A stretch of DNA of 64,000 bases from Candidatus Babeliales bacterium (lineage in GTDB: Bacteria; Babelota; Babeliae; Babelales; Vermiphilaceae). Below are positions 48,898 through 59,540 of the stretch, in pieces. Position numbers and translations under genes: made by a program. Below the pieces are notes generated by a model. The model was not told the DNA's origin. It ran no database searches and worked only from the letters and a program-made list of their open reading frames with translations. The DNA is taken from the NCBI GenBank assembly GCA_035455925.1, contig DATIEE010000006.1, positions 45,224-109,223 of the forward strand, given 5' to 3'. Position 1 is the stretch's first letter. Each line of letters opens with the position of its first letter.

Positions 48898-48913
48898 TTA
48901 CTCATTGCGTAAT

Positions 48914-49696
48914 TTATTGTTTAAAATTTATTATAATTGATTTTCCATATGTCCATGGTGGCATTTTCATTGAAAAAAGTGCTTGACGTGCCGAAATATC
49001 ATACATCATTACTCCAGATGCCTTGGTTATTTTTAAATTTTCTATTACGCCACGCTTATTAACAAAAAAAGATATATCGCAGGAACATTCTGCCGATACG
49101 CCAAATGGTGGTTTCCATTGTTGTACCAATTCTTTTTGTAATTGTGCATTACAACGCAACGCTTCAGCTTCACGATAATTATAGGATATTTGCGCATCTT
49201 TAGGAATTATTTGTTTAATTGTTTGTTGTATATCAAGAGCTTGAGCGATAGGTGTTTTTGCTACTACAGGTTTTTTTGGGATCTCTTTTTTTAGTTCGGT
49301 ATTTGTTGTATTACTATTTTGTTTATTATGAGTAATCGGTAATGGTTCTACTATTTTTTTTTGTTCGACATTTGCAATAGTCGTTGGTTTTTGTATGTTT
49401 ACTACTTTATTGAGTGCATTTGTTAAAGTTTTTGTTTGCATTATTTTTGGTTTTGGTGACGATGTTTTATTTGTACTATTTTTAGTGTGTGTTGTTTGTA
49501 GAGATGTGCCACATGGTACAAATATAATTGGTGCAGAATAATCTAATTTTTTATGTAGTGAAATTGTGTAGTGATGATCACGGTACATGCAAAATAACAA
49601 AAATAAAAAAATAAAATGTGAAAAAAAGCAGATGCTAAAAAGTTTAGCCCAAAGAAGATGTCGTTTTTGAATGTTTTTGTGTTGCCAGAGCCACAT
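48914..49696 (-). CDS. TolA/TonB-like energy-transducer (C-terminal TonB-type domain)
   Basis: N-terminal TM, Lys/Thr/Pro-rich linker, and a C-terminal domain typical of TonB/TolA C-termini. Overlaps tolR, so the true start is probably internal. Confidence 0.55.
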   Translation of the reverse strand: MWLWQHKNIQKRHLLWAKLFSICFFSHFIFLFLLFCMYRDHHYTISLHKKLDYSAPIIFVPCGTSLQTTHTKNSTNKTSSPKPKIMQTKTLTNALNKVVNIQKPTTIANVEQKKIVEPLPITHNKQNSNTTNTELKKEIPKKPVVAKTPIAQALDIQQTIKQIIPKDAQISYNYREAEALRCNAQLQKELVQQWKPPFGVSAECSCDISFFVNKRGVIENLKITKASGVMMYDISARQALFSMKMPPWTYGKSIIINFKQ

Positions 49697-50087
49697 ATTT
49701 TATACCACCAATATATTTAATGTCATCAACTAATTCAATCACTGTTCCGTAAGAAATTTCTGTATCAGCTTTTACATATACTGTTTTTTCGTGATCATCA
49801 CCGATTATTTTTTTTAGGTGCGCAATAAGATCAATTTTTGCAGTTTTTATATTGTTGATATAAAACTCACTATTTTTATCAATAAATATAATGAGTTCAT
49901 TTTGCTGGCTGGAAGCATTTTCTTGTGTGTTTCCACGTGGCAATGTTACCTTAATAGCGTTTTGTAATATTGGCGTTGCGATCATAAAAATAATTAGTAA
50001 TGTTAAAGCCGTATCAATCAATGGCGTCATCGAAAGATCAGTTAAGCTATTTTTTTGTCGAGTTAATCGTCTATTCATGCGACGCAT
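49644..50087 (-). CDS. TolR/ExbD biopolymer transport protein
   Basis: DLSMTPLIDTALTLLIIFMIATP single-TM signature; 147 aa. Confidence 0.75.
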   Translation of the reverse strand: MRRMNRRLTRQKNSLTDLSMTPLIDTALTLLIIFMIATPILQNAIKVTLPRGNTQENASSQQNELIIFIDKNSEFYINNIKTAKIDLIAHLKKIIGDDHEKTVYVKADTEISYGTVIELVDDIKYIGGIKYVALATQKHSKTTSSLG

Positions 50088-50091
50088 TTTA

Positions 50092-50772
50092 TTACCTTTC
50101 TCGAAGTTGATGCATAATAAATATTACTCGATCGGCTAGTAGGATAAGGCTATGCTCAAGTGAACGTGTTTTAGTATGTAGATAATTAAACATAATAAGA
50201 GCTGGAATGGCAATAATTAGTCCCGCCAGCGTGGTAATGAGTGCCTCTGCAATACCAGGAGCAATCGTTGTAATATCTGCAACTTGTGTTTCGCTAATAC
50301 GCATAAAAGAATGCACAAGGCCCCATACCGTACCAAAAAGGCCAAGCAAGGGTGCAACAGCAGCACTTGATGATAATAATGTAAGATATTCTTCATTATG
50401 TAGTAGTATTGTTTCAACTGAATTTTCGATATTTCTTTCTAAAAGTTCCCATTCATTATCCGTAATTTGTTGATTAAGATTACCATGCATTATTTCTTTT
50501 AAAAATAATATATTTTTAAAAATAAAATAATGAGGAGTTGAAACTTGTTCTCTTGTAGTAATTTCAATAAGATCAGTAATATTTTTTGCCATTTCAACTT
50601 TTTTATTTATTTTTTTAAATTGACGTTCTTTGATGCATAACAATGCAAGCTTACCGATAAAAACGGTCCAACAAAGTACAGACATAAGAAATAATATGAG
50701 CAATACAATTTTGCTAATTGAATCTGCTTGGCACACTAATTGCCAGAGAGAATTTCCAGAAAAAATATTCAT
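50092..50772 (-). CDS. TolQ/ExbB (MotA-family) proton channel
   Basis: Three TMs and the LGLFGTVWGL signature. Confidence 0.8.
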   Translation of the reverse strand: MNIFSGNSLWQLVCQADSISKIVLLILFLMSVLCWTVFIGKLALLCIKERQFKKINKKVEMAKNITDLIEITTREQVSTPHYFIFKNILFLKEIMHGNLNQQITDNEWELLERNIENSVETILLHNEEYLTLLSSSAAVAPLLGLFGTVWGLVHSFMRISETQVADITTIAPGIAEALITTLAGLIIAIPALIMFNYLHTKTRSLEHSLILLADRVIFIMHQLRER

Positions 50773-50923
50773 TATAATCCTTAATTACTAGGTAGTGATT
50801 GCTTGCATCTTAAAAAGTGATTTGAGCTTAACAAAAGTTTTTTGATTTTAAAAATAAATTTATATCTCTTATTGATATTTTTACTGGAGCTAGACTAAAG
50901 TGTAATAAAAAAAAGGAACATAG

Positions 50924-51289
50924 ATGAAAATAGAAACAAAAGAATTTTTTAATAAAAATATTTTTGATATCACCTTACAAAATACATTATATAGAAAAGA
51001 AATTGTTACAGGATTACATAGCCAAGTTGTAATCATGTGTATTCCTGAAGGTCAAGATATCGGAGAAGAAATTCATTCAGTAGATCAGATACTAGTCTTT
51101 GTAGAAGGTTCTGGGCAGGCTATTATAAATGATATTGTTTCGGATGTTGAATATGGCCACTTAGTATTTGTCCCTTCTGGTACAAAACATAATTTCAAAA
51201 ATATTGGCTCCGGGGATCTTAAGTTGTTTACTATATATGCTCCTGCTGAAGAAAAAATTGGAACTATTGAAAAAAAGAAAAATGAATAA
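50924..51289 (+). CDS. cupin-domain protein
   Basis: Cupin_2 motifs (G-x5-H-x-H...G...P...H...N). Confidence 0.55.
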   Translation: MKIETKEFFNKNIFDITLQNTLYRKEIVTGLHSQVVIMCIPEGQDIGEEIHSVDQILVFVEGSGQAIINDIVSDVEYGHLVFVPSGTKHNFKNIGSGDLKLFTIYAPAEEKIGTIEKKKNE

Positions 51290-51352
51290 TAAAATCATTA
51301 AAAATTCATATAAAAAAAGTATATCGACTTGATAGATGATAAGTAAAAAAAT

Positions 51353-51862
51353 ATGATAAAATATCAAGTTGGTTATGGTTTGAAAATTTTATTTATAGGA
51401 GTTAATCCTCATCCCGGTTCAGATAGACGCGGAGTTCCTTTTTCTAATAATAAAATGTTTTGGTATCTTCTTCATGCAGCAGGACTTTTGACCGAGCCGC
51501 GTGAAATATTACAAGATGAAGCGCAACTAAAAAAACTTTATCTGCAATCATTTAAAAAAAAATATCATTTTGGTTTATTAAATGTTGTAGATAGACCATC
51601 ACGAATGGCATCGGAACTTAAAAGAGTAGAAGCTATTCCGGGACGAAAACGTTTGTTGTCAGTTATTAAAAAATATAAACCTCAAGTGGTTTGTTTTGTT
51701 GGGAAAATAACATATAGTTTATTCGCTGATAAAATCAAAGTTTCTTATGGTTGGCAATCCGATATTTTTTTATCAAAAATATATGTAATGCATTCGCCAA
51801 ATCATGGTTTTGCACGCGTAAGAATTAAAGAACTTAAAGAGATCAATGAAATATTAATTTAA
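51353..51862 (+). CDS. mug: G/U mismatch-specific uracil-DNA glycosylase (Mug/TDG family)
   Basis: ILFIGVNPHPGSDRRGVPFSNNKMFWYLL matches the Mug active-site block. Confidence 0.7.
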   Translation: MIKYQVGYGLKILFIGVNPHPGSDRRGVPFSNNKMFWYLLHAAGLLTEPREILQDEAQLKKLYLQSFKKKYHFGLLNVVDRPSRMASELKRVEAIPGRKRLLSVIKKYKPQVVCFVGKITYSLFADKIKVSYGWQSDIFLSKIYVMHSPNHGFARVRIKELKEINEILI

Positions 51863-51931
51863 AAAATATTAATTAGATATATAATTGTAAAGAAGAATTA
51901 TTTGTTATCTATGAAATAATTATTAATACAC

Positions 51932-53311
51932 ATGATATACGTCGTAAATAAATTAATCTTTATTGTTAAGAAAATAGTACTATTTTTGTTAATCGCTATA
52001 GTTACCAACAATGTTCAAATGGTGAATGGTGCATTACAACCTTGTGTGCAAGAACAAATAGTGACCTTTAAAAGTTTACATGGATTTCCTTGTATTAGCT
52101 TATATCAATCAAAAAAATGGTGGAAAGCACTGTCTAATAACCACCAGCAAGAAGTACAACAAGCTATAAAAAACACTAACGATGAACGTTTATTAGCACT
52201 ATTTAATGTGGCCATTTTATTACCACAAGAATTACAAAAAAAAATTGCATTGGAATTATTAGATCAAAACAAAGAAGAAGTGGAAAAGTTTTTGAAGATA
52301 CCTATTTCAATAGATTATTCCTATTCAAATGCCTTTAAAATAGCTGCAGATAACATTTATTTCAATAGATTATGTAAAAATAATTCCAATTTTACGTCAG
52401 AAAATATCCTTATATTATTAGAAGAAATTCCTACTGTTAATACATGGTTAAGTGATTTAATTCAGTCAAGATATAATTCACCAGGTGATGATTATTCTCT
52501 TTTTACAGGTGATTATTATTCTCTTTTTATTAGAAATAGAACAATAAATAATCCGAATGTGATTGCTACTAAAACTTCATTAATGGCTATAGATAAAATT
52601 GCTAAAAAATTTCAAAACTCCTTTCAGCAAGACATGAACATAAACTACCAATTTTATAAAAAATTTACATTGAATAATATAATAAAAGAATTTAGTAAAT
52701 CTCAATTTAGTGCGTTACCCTTACTTTTGGCGCCTTTTATATCAAAGTTAATTTTCGAAGAAAAATGCTGGTTTGCGTCGATTGATCAGAATATAGTTAA
52801 TTCAAATTTAATACTAGAAAAACAAAATAAACAATTTGAATTATTAAATATATTTTTAAAAAATGAGTATATAAAAACAGGCGATACAAATTTTAATTTT
52901 AAATTTTCCCTTTTAGATCAAGCAGATCCAGTGAAATGGTGGCCGACTCCTTTTTTTTATATAGTAAATCCTTTAATATATTTGAGTGGTAGCATGTTAT
53001 CTTCTATTAGTATTTTATCTATCAAAGAAGTGCTAGATTCACTTAATAGTGGTAATGAACGTGATCGAGATACCGTTACTGCTATTTTTTTATTCTTGGG
53101 AAGTGCTTCTTGCGGCATAGGAAAATGTATGTTTTTTTGTTTTCCCTCATTGGCAAAAAATCCTCTTGTTTCTATTGGTTGCATAACGGGATTGTATGTA
53201 TTTGTTTGTCTGATATATAATATAATTACTATGCGATGTATTAAAACAAAAGGGATTCAATTAGAAGAACTTTCTGGTTTACTTAAACGCACAGATATTG
53301 TAATTGTTTAG
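51932..53311 (+). CDS. hypothetical membrane protein
   Basis: 459-aa ORF with an N-terminal TM and C-terminal hydrophobic segments. Confidence 0.35.
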   Translation: MIYVVNKLIFIVKKIVLFLLIAIVTNNVQMVNGALQPCVQEQIVTFKSLHGFPCISLYQSKKWWKALSNNHQQEVQQAIKNTNDERLLALFNVAILLPQELQKKIALELLDQNKEEVEKFLKIPISIDYSYSNAFKIAADNIYFNRLCKNNSNFTSENILILLEEIPTVNTWLSDLIQSRYNSPGDDYSLFTGDYYSLFIRNRTINNPNVIATKTSLMAIDKIAKKFQNSFQQDMNINYQFYKKFTLNNIIKEFSKSQFSALPLLLAPFISKLIFEEKCWFASIDQNIVNSNLILEKQNKQFELLNIFLKNEYIKTGDTNFNFKFSLLDQADPVKWWPTPFFYIVNPLIYLSGSMLSSISILSIKEVLDSLNSGNERDRDTVTAIFLFLGSASCGIGKCMFFCFPSLAKNPLVSIGCITGLYVFVCLIYNIITMRCIKTKGIQLEELSGLLKRTDIVIV

Positions 53312-55128
53312 CTTTTATTTAATTCATTTTCTCCGCCAAATGTAAATACGTATGCAATAATTCCTTGCGGGCATTGTAATGTAAGTGTATGACGTCCATA
53401 ATCATTTTTTAAATCAAGTAATTCATACATACGAGGTTGGTGTACAAGGATTTTTCCCTCACTGTTCATATCCTTAGTGTAATAGTTATGTGGAATAGGT
53501 TTATCATCAAGCAACAGTGTTATAAGCTGCGGTTTATCTGATTTCATAACAAGATACACATGCGTAGCCATAAAATTCAAAGATAGTTCGTTGGTATTAT
53601 TGTCACTATGTATACAGTCACTCCTTACGGTCCATTGGCCGCTAAGACTAACTTGATCAGCATCAAGGTCTTTTGTTGAGGTGTAATAGGTAGATTTATT
53701 TTGCTGTATGTGCAATGAGGAATGATATTTATCGCCACGTTCAAAGCCAAGATACGTTTCAGGAGTAAGCGGTTTAGTAGATGCGCATTCTTCTGTTTTT
53801 TGGCATGGTGGTAAATTAAGTAAGGCGCGTAGTGCATCTTCCATTTCTACATAATTACCTTCGCCAAAATGTGTTTTAACAATTATACCCTGTTGATTAA
53901 TTAAGTAGTGCGCTGGCCAGTAGAGGTTATTATAGGCGCGCCATGTTTGATAGTCATTATCAAGTGCCACGGGATAGGTTATATTAAATCGTTTAACTGC
54001 ATCTTGTACATGCGATTCATCTTTTTCGAAGGCAAACTCCGGCGTATGGACACCAATTATTTCTAATCCTTTATCCTTGTAGCTGGTATACCATTCGGTA
54101 ATATGTGGTAACGTACGAATACAATTGATACAGGTATATGTCCAAAAATCAACAAGAACAACTTTGCCTTTAAGTTGAGCAAGTGTTAATGGTTCTGAGT
54201 TGATCCAGGCTGTAATACCAACAAATTCTGGTGCAATCATTCCAGATGATGTTTCACTTGATAGATGAAGCATGTTTAATTCCTTCTGTAAACGATCGTT
54301 ATTTTCGATAGAAATATTTGGAAAAAAATGTGCAATTTTTTCTTGAATAAAAGTATCAACATGCATAATAATTGCTACTGCGCTGACAATAATAATTATA
54401 CCAAATACTTGTCGAATGATATGTGTATAGGGAATTAAGCTAGTTGTTGATTGCATTATTTTTGTTCCACCAAAGCAAAGAATAAGCATTGGTAATGCTG
54501 CACCAATACTATATACGCACGTTAGCAGAATAGTAGTTAAAGTAATACCGCTTGTTGCGGCAATGCTGGTAATTGTGGCTAAAATAGGTCCGGCGCAGGG
54601 AGTCCAAATTAAACCTAATGCTATACCTAATAATAGACCGCTAATAAATTCTGTTTTTATGAATGTTGATTGGTGTTCTATCACATTTCCGATCCGTGAT
54701 ATGCGATTAGTGATGATAATAAACGCATTTTCAAGTGCTGGAATAATCATAGTTAGGCCAAAAAATATAATAATACTCAGTGCGATATAGCGAAAAATAT
54801 TAGGTGATATACCGGTGGCTTGAATGATTGCTGTTAACGTTAGCGTAAAGAATGAAAAACTAATAATAACGCCGGTAATAATACCAAGTGGTTTGTAGTA
54901 ATTGTGCTGCATGCTTGCTGCAAGTAAAATTGGTGCGATAGAAAGAATACAAGGGGATAATATTGTTATAAATCCTGCAAAAAAAGCGAATAGTAGTAAC
55001 AAAATCATTGTTAATTCCTTTGTAGGTAAAATGAATGGTACATAAAGTATCTCATGCCGCATAAAGTAATCGAAAGAGTTTTGTACAGATGCAGTTTTTT
55101 TCTTTGTCATGTATTTGCACTTATCCAA
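53308..55128 (-). CDS. DsbD/CcdA-type disulfide-transfer membrane domain fused to a TlpA-like thioredoxin domain
   Basis: TM-embedded LSPCIL and WTPCAGP cysteine motifs, followed by a thioredoxin fold with WTYTCINC. Confidence 0.7.
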   Translation of the reverse strand: MDKCKYMTKKKTASVQNSFDYFMRHEILYVPFILPTKELTMILLLLFAFFAGFITILSPCILSIAPILLAASMQHNYYKPLGIITGVIISFSFFTLTLTAIIQATGISPNIFRYIALSIIIFFGLTMIIPALENAFIIITNRISRIGNVIEHQSTFIKTEFISGLLLGIALGLIWTPCAGPILATITSIAATSGITLTTILLTCVYSIGAALPMLILCFGGTKIMQSTTSLIPYTHIIRQVFGIIIIVSAVAIIMHVDTFIQEKIAHFFPNISIENNDRLQKELNMLHLSSETSSGMIAPEFVGITAWINSEPLTLAQLKGKVVLVDFWTYTCINCIRTLPHITEWYTSYKDKGLEIIGVHTPEFAFEKDESHVQDAVKRFNITYPVALDNDYQTWRAYNNLYWPAHYLINQQGIIVKTHFGEGNYVEMEDALRALLNLPPCQKTEECASTKPLTPETYLGFERGDKYHSSLHIQQNKSTYYTSTKDLDADQVSLSGQWTVRSDCIHSDNNTNELSLNFMATHVYLVMKSDKPQLITLLLDDKPIPHNYYTKDMNSEGKILVHQPRMYELLDLKNDYGRHTLTLQCPQGIIAYVFTFGGENELNKS

Positions 55129-55300
55129 TGGGCAGTATCGCTTTGGCTTATATCATTGAACTGTTATTATCAATCTGAAATTCAAGTAAAAGATATACCT
55201 TATTATTTAAATAATAGCTGGATTGTCATTAAATAATTCCAGTTTTCTGTTATACTAATAAAAAATATCTCTGGTGAATATTTAAAAGGTTTATACAAAG

Positions 55301-56365
55301 ATGAAAGTTGCAGTTCTTGTTTCTGGAGGCGTTGATAGCTCAGTTGCACTTCAATTGCTTAAAAACCAAGGTCATGATGTTACCGCTTTTTATCTTAAAA
55401 TTTGGTTAGAAGATGAGTTGGCATATCTTGGCGAGTGTCCATGGGAAGATGATTTATTGTTTGTCAAAAAAGTTTGTCAGCAACTTGATGTACCCCTTGA
55501 GATTGTTTCATTGCAGAAAGAATACAAGGATGAAGTTGTAGCTTACACTATTGCTGAGGTTAAGGCGGGTCGTACCCCAAATCCCGATATTTTATGCAAT
55601 CAGCGGATTAAATTTGGTCTTTTTCTAGATAAAATTGATGAAAGTTTTGTTAAAGTTGCTTCTGGTCATTATGCTCAGGTTAGAGAAAAAGATGGCATTG
55701 TTGAGTTATTTCAATCACCAGATGTTGTTAAAGATCAAACTTATTTTTTGTCTCATTTAAACCAAAAGCAGCTTAAACGCGTAATGTTTCCTATTGGGCA
55801 TCTGCAGAAAAGTGAATTGCGCGCGCTGGCTCATCAGTTTGATTTGCCCAATAAAGATCGTAAAGATAGTCAGGGAATCTGTTTTTTGGGTAAATTTAAA
55901 TTTAGTGACTTTATTAGACATCATCTTGGTACGCAATCTGGATTAATGATTGAATATGAAACAGGTAAAATTATGAGTAAGCATGATGGCTTTTGGTTTT
56001 ATACGATTGGTCAGCGACAAGGGCTTGGGTTGGGTGGTGGTCCTTGGTATGTTGTTGCAAAAGATATACTACAAAACATCATTTTTATTTCTCGTAATTA
56101 TTATGATGTTGAAAAAAAGCGAAATTCATTTTTTATAGAGCAATTTCATTGGATTTCTGGAATACAAAGTGAAAAAGAAATATTGTCAGTCAAATTGCGT
56201 CATGGTGTCCATCGGTATCAATCAGTTATAAAATATATTTCTGAGAATAAAGCCCTCGTGAAACTTTCTGATCGTGATCAAGGAATTGCTAGTGGTCAAT
56301 ATGCAGTATTCTATGAAGAGGATATTTGTCTTGGCAGTGGAGTAATTTCTTCCACATTTACATAA
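55301..56365 (+). CDS. mnmA: tRNA-specific 2-thiouridylase
   Basis: PP-loop VAVLVSGGVDSSV; 354 aa. Confidence 0.9.
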   Translation: MKVAVLVSGGVDSSVALQLLKNQGHDVTAFYLKIWLEDELAYLGECPWEDDLLFVKKVCQQLDVPLEIVSLQKEYKDEVVAYTIAEVKAGRTPNPDILCNQRIKFGLFLDKIDESFVKVASGHYAQVREKDGIVELFQSPDVVKDQTYFLSHLNQKQLKRVMFPIGHLQKSELRALAHQFDLPNKDRKDSQGICFLGKFKFSDFIRHHLGTQSGLMIEYETGKIMSKHDGFWFYTIGQRQGLGLGGGPWYVVAKDILQNIIFISRNYYDVEKKRNSFFIEQFHWISGIQSEKEILSVKLRHGVHRYQSVIKYISENKALVKLSDRDQGIASGQYAVFYEEDICLGSGVISSTFT

Positions 56366-56381
56366 TTTTAATCAATAGAGC

Positions 56382-57098
56382 GTGTTAAATGAATGTTCTT
56401 ATGCTATAATTATCTTAAGTTATATCATTGTATTACTAATGACGTTAAGCAAGCGTCGCTATATAGCATTCATGAAAAAGATTAATCTTACTAAATTTAC
56501 GTTGCATATATTTAAACATCTTCCTGATGCGGAAAAGCGTATTACTATTCCCACGCTTTTTACCGTTTTACGGATGCTTTTAGTGCCAGTTATTGTTGGT
56601 ACTATGATTTTTGGTTGGTGGGGCAGTGCATTTTTTTTCTTTGTTTTTGCCTGTTTTACGGATGTTATTGATGGGCTTTTGGCTCGTTTATTAAATGAAA
56701 AAACATTTCTTGGTGCATGTTTAGATCCTATAGCTGATAAATTACTTTTATTGGCATGTTTTTTTACATTAGCATTTGTTTCTACCCCATTGCTTTTGAT
56801 ACCACGATGGTTTGTATTTTTTGTAGTAAGCAAGGAGTTGATACAAATAATAGGAGCGTCTATTATTTATTACTTTCGTGGACATTTAAATGTTCAGCCA
56901 ACAGTTTTAGGAAAAATAACGACATGTATCCAAATGATTTTTATTATGTGGCTTTTTGCATGTTATTTTTTTTGTTGGATACCAATGAAGACTTATTATA
57001 CCATGCTGGGTGTTTTAATATTTTTTATTAGTGCAGCATTTGGTCAGTATACATGTATTGGATTGCGCATGCTTATTAATGAAGGTTATCAAAAATGA
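56382..57098 (+). CDS. CDP-alcohol phosphatidyltransferase (PgsA-like); start probably at the internal Met near 56472
   Basis: D-x2-DG-x2-AR...G...D-x3-D motif (DVIDGLLARLLN...LDPIADK); multi-TM. Confidence 0.7.
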   Translation: MLNECSYAIIILSYIIVLLMTLSKRRYIAFMKKINLTKFTLHIFKHLPDAEKRITIPTLFTVLRMLLVPVIVGTMIFGWWGSAFFFFVFACFTDVIDGLLARLLNEKTFLGACLDPIADKLLLLACFFTLAFVSTPLLLIPRWFVFFVVSKELIQIIGASIIYYFRGHLNVQPTVLGKITTCIQMIFIMWLFACYFFCWIPMKTYYTMLGVLIFFISAAFGQYTCIGLRMLINEGYQK

Positions 57099-57481
57099 AA
57101 AAAATGTTTATTGCAGGTATCGTTGTTATTTGTGTTTCTCTTATTTATACAATAGAGCAAGATTTTATTAAACCAAAAATAAAAAAATATTTTTCTGAAC
57201 AACAATGTATAGAGCTTAATGCTGATATTATTGTTGTAAGTACAGATATAACTGGTCTTTTGGCAGACATATCAAAGGCAATTTTTTTAATAACAAGAAA
57301 TTCTTTGAAAAAGGTTAATGCATATGTTGATGGCGAAAAAAACATATTAGATAAAACGGAAAGAACAGAGTTATATGAAAAAAATAAAAAATTATTACAT
57401 CAATTAAAATGTTGTAATGATGAACTACAAAAGATACAGATACTTCTAAAGCCGCATGAAGTAATGTTTCAATCTGAATAA
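57095..57481 (+). CDS. hypothetical protein (N-terminal TM, coiled-coil)
   Basis: 128-aa ORF whose start overlaps the preceding stop (atga). Confidence 0.3.
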   Translation: MKKMFIAGIVVICVSLIYTIEQDFIKPKIKKYFSEQQCIELNADIIVVSTDITGLLADISKAIFLITRNSLKKVNAYVDGEKNILDKTERTELYEKNKKLLHQLKCCNDELQKIQILLKPHEVMFQSE

Positions 57482-57573
57482 GATCGAAAAGATGTAGTAA
57501 TTTATTTTTCTGGTATAATTACATATAGAGTTAATAGGTAATATCTATTTTTATTGGGAAATTACGGAGGAAG

Positions 57574-59412
57574 TTGTTGTCTTTTAAATTGTTATCTTTA
57601 TTCTTTTTAATTTTTTATAGTAGCAATATATGGGCTGAAGAAAGTGTTTTTTTAAACTCTGCACAGACGCATATTATTAAGATGGTTTCTCAAAAATTGA
57701 TGTATAAACCTATCTTGGAATTTAAGCAAGCGGTTATTAGGTATGTCAAAAACGCTGATATACGTTGTTTGCAAGGATCGCACTGTAATATCAATGACCA
57801 TAATGTAACATATAAAAAAGAGTTATATTTTCTTTTCAAAAATTATGACAAATTTTCTATATTAACATTGCTTTCCCGAACACGTTCTGCTCATCAATCA
57901 ATGGTTACCTATGAATCTGACGCTAATTCTGATGAATATAAAAAATATGAACAAATATCGAGTGCTCTTTTACTAATATGCGCTCAGGTTATTTGTGATG
58001 ATGTACGCAATCAACTTTTAAATATTTTATATGAAATTGATAATAGAATTATTTATTGGTCGTATCAAAAGAATCATCCAATAACTTATTTTTTTAGAAA
58101 ACCACCTATTAAATGGCTTAAGGGTAAACCTCAAGAAAAAGAAGTTTTATCTAATATAAATCGATTAGAGCGTAAGCAAAGAGAATTATATACTAAGTTA
58201 GGTTTATTGACTGAACATCTACATATATTTGCTGAAGGGGACCTTTCTTATGATCATTGTTATATGTGGTTGGAAAAATTTCTTAGATTGTTATCATGCA
58301 TTAAAGAGAAATCTATTTATGGGCATAACGATATACAATTTGAATATATTGCAGCTACATTAGAATCAAAAATTAAATATAGTGATATTTTAAAAAAAGA
58401 TTTTTTTACCGCAACTATTTCTAGTAAAAAACCAAATCATTTTACTCGTAACTGGATAATATATATGACAATGGTGGCATTAACCAACTATGTAATGCAT
58501 TATCATGCAGCCAATCCAGATGTGCTGCCAGAATCCTTTCACACAACAGTTAATTTTATCTTCGTAATAGGGCATAGCGTGATAGTTGATCCAATGACGG
58601 ATTTATATCAGGTTTTTTTTGGAAGAGATTCACGTAGTTCAGTTGAAGAAATTGAAAATCGCGTTATTGATATAGAAAGATTGGCTAATTCTATTGAGGC
58701 AAACGTTGCCGAGGCAACGCAGCAAAGCGCTCAATCTTTACGAGAATATGCTGAAGATCTATTGGAAAAAAGATTGCAACATATGAAGATTGATAATGCT
58801 GAAGATATTATGAAAGATGTAAAAAAAAATAACTTTGAAAGTTTTAATGCATTATGTGAAAATACATCATTTTGGTACTATGACAATCGCCTTGATCAAG
58901 AAGAAGTGCGTATTCTCTTAGGATTAGATAATTTATTTAAAATATTACAGGAATACCCAGATCTTATTGATAAAAAAATTCTTCCTTTGGTTAAGGCAAT
59001 AGGGTTATTGATTTCTGATAGTGGAAAAATTATAGGTGCATTTGTTAAAAATAATTTTTGGACAGCAAAGCTTGCTGCATTCACCCCATTAGCTGCAGCA
59101 TGTATTAGTGTTGTGAGGACATATAAATGGGCTACTACGCGTAATTATTCGCCAATTCGCATTGCGCTTGCTGAAGTTAATTCTTTATTGATAGAATCAG
59201 CCGAACAGATTGATGATCATGATTATGGAAAATTAGTATATTTGATTTTTAAATTAAGAAATAAATCTTCTTCTTTGAAGGATTCTTTGTCTCATGAATT
59301 CTTAATTGATGTAGTAAAACTTGAATCAAAACAATACTCCGTGCAAAAAAAGCGCGGTATTATTGAAAATATGTTTAATAAATATACATTTTTGGGGCGA
59401 GTTATTTCATAA
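57574..59412 (+). CDS. large secreted hypothetical protein, paralog A of a two-member tandem family
   Basis: Signal peptide. Shares conserved blocks with 59541..61109 (LLNILYEIDNRIIYWSYQKNHPITYFFRKPPIKWLKG; C-terminal RNYSPIRIALAEVNSLL...KRGIIENMFNKYTFLG). Confidence 0.5.
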   Translation: MLSFKLLSLFFLIFYSSNIWAEESVFLNSAQTHIIKMVSQKLMYKPILEFKQAVIRYVKNADIRCLQGSHCNINDHNVTYKKELYFLFKNYDKFSILTLLSRTRSAHQSMVTYESDANSDEYKKYEQISSALLLICAQVICDDVRNQLLNILYEIDNRIIYWSYQKNHPITYFFRKPPIKWLKGKPQEKEVLSNINRLERKQRELYTKLGLLTEHLHIFAEGDLSYDHCYMWLEKFLRLLSCIKEKSIYGHNDIQFEYIAATLESKIKYSDILKKDFFTATISSKKPNHFTRNWIIYMTMVALTNYVMHYHAANPDVLPESFHTTVNFIFVIGHSVIVDPMTDLYQVFFGRDSRSSVEEIENRVIDIERLANSIEANVAEATQQSAQSLREYAEDLLEKRLQHMKIDNAEDIMKDVKKNNFESFNALCENTSFWYYDNRLDQEEVRILLGLDNLFKILQEYPDLIDKKILPLVKAIGLLISDSGKIIGAFVKNNFWTAKLAAFTPLAAACISVVRTYKWATTRNYSPIRIALAEVNSLLIESAEQIDDHDYGKLVYLIFKLRNKSSSLKDSLSHEFLIDVVKLESKQYSVQKKRGIIENMFNKYTFLGRVIS

Positions 59413-59540
59413 TTGTTTTTTTTAATAATAAAAAACGACGAGATGTATATTAGTCTTTTTCAGCATAATGTAGATTGCGATATAATTAGTTCGTTATAAT
59501 TATAGATAAAGAAAGATTTCATAAGGAAAAAGGAAAATTA

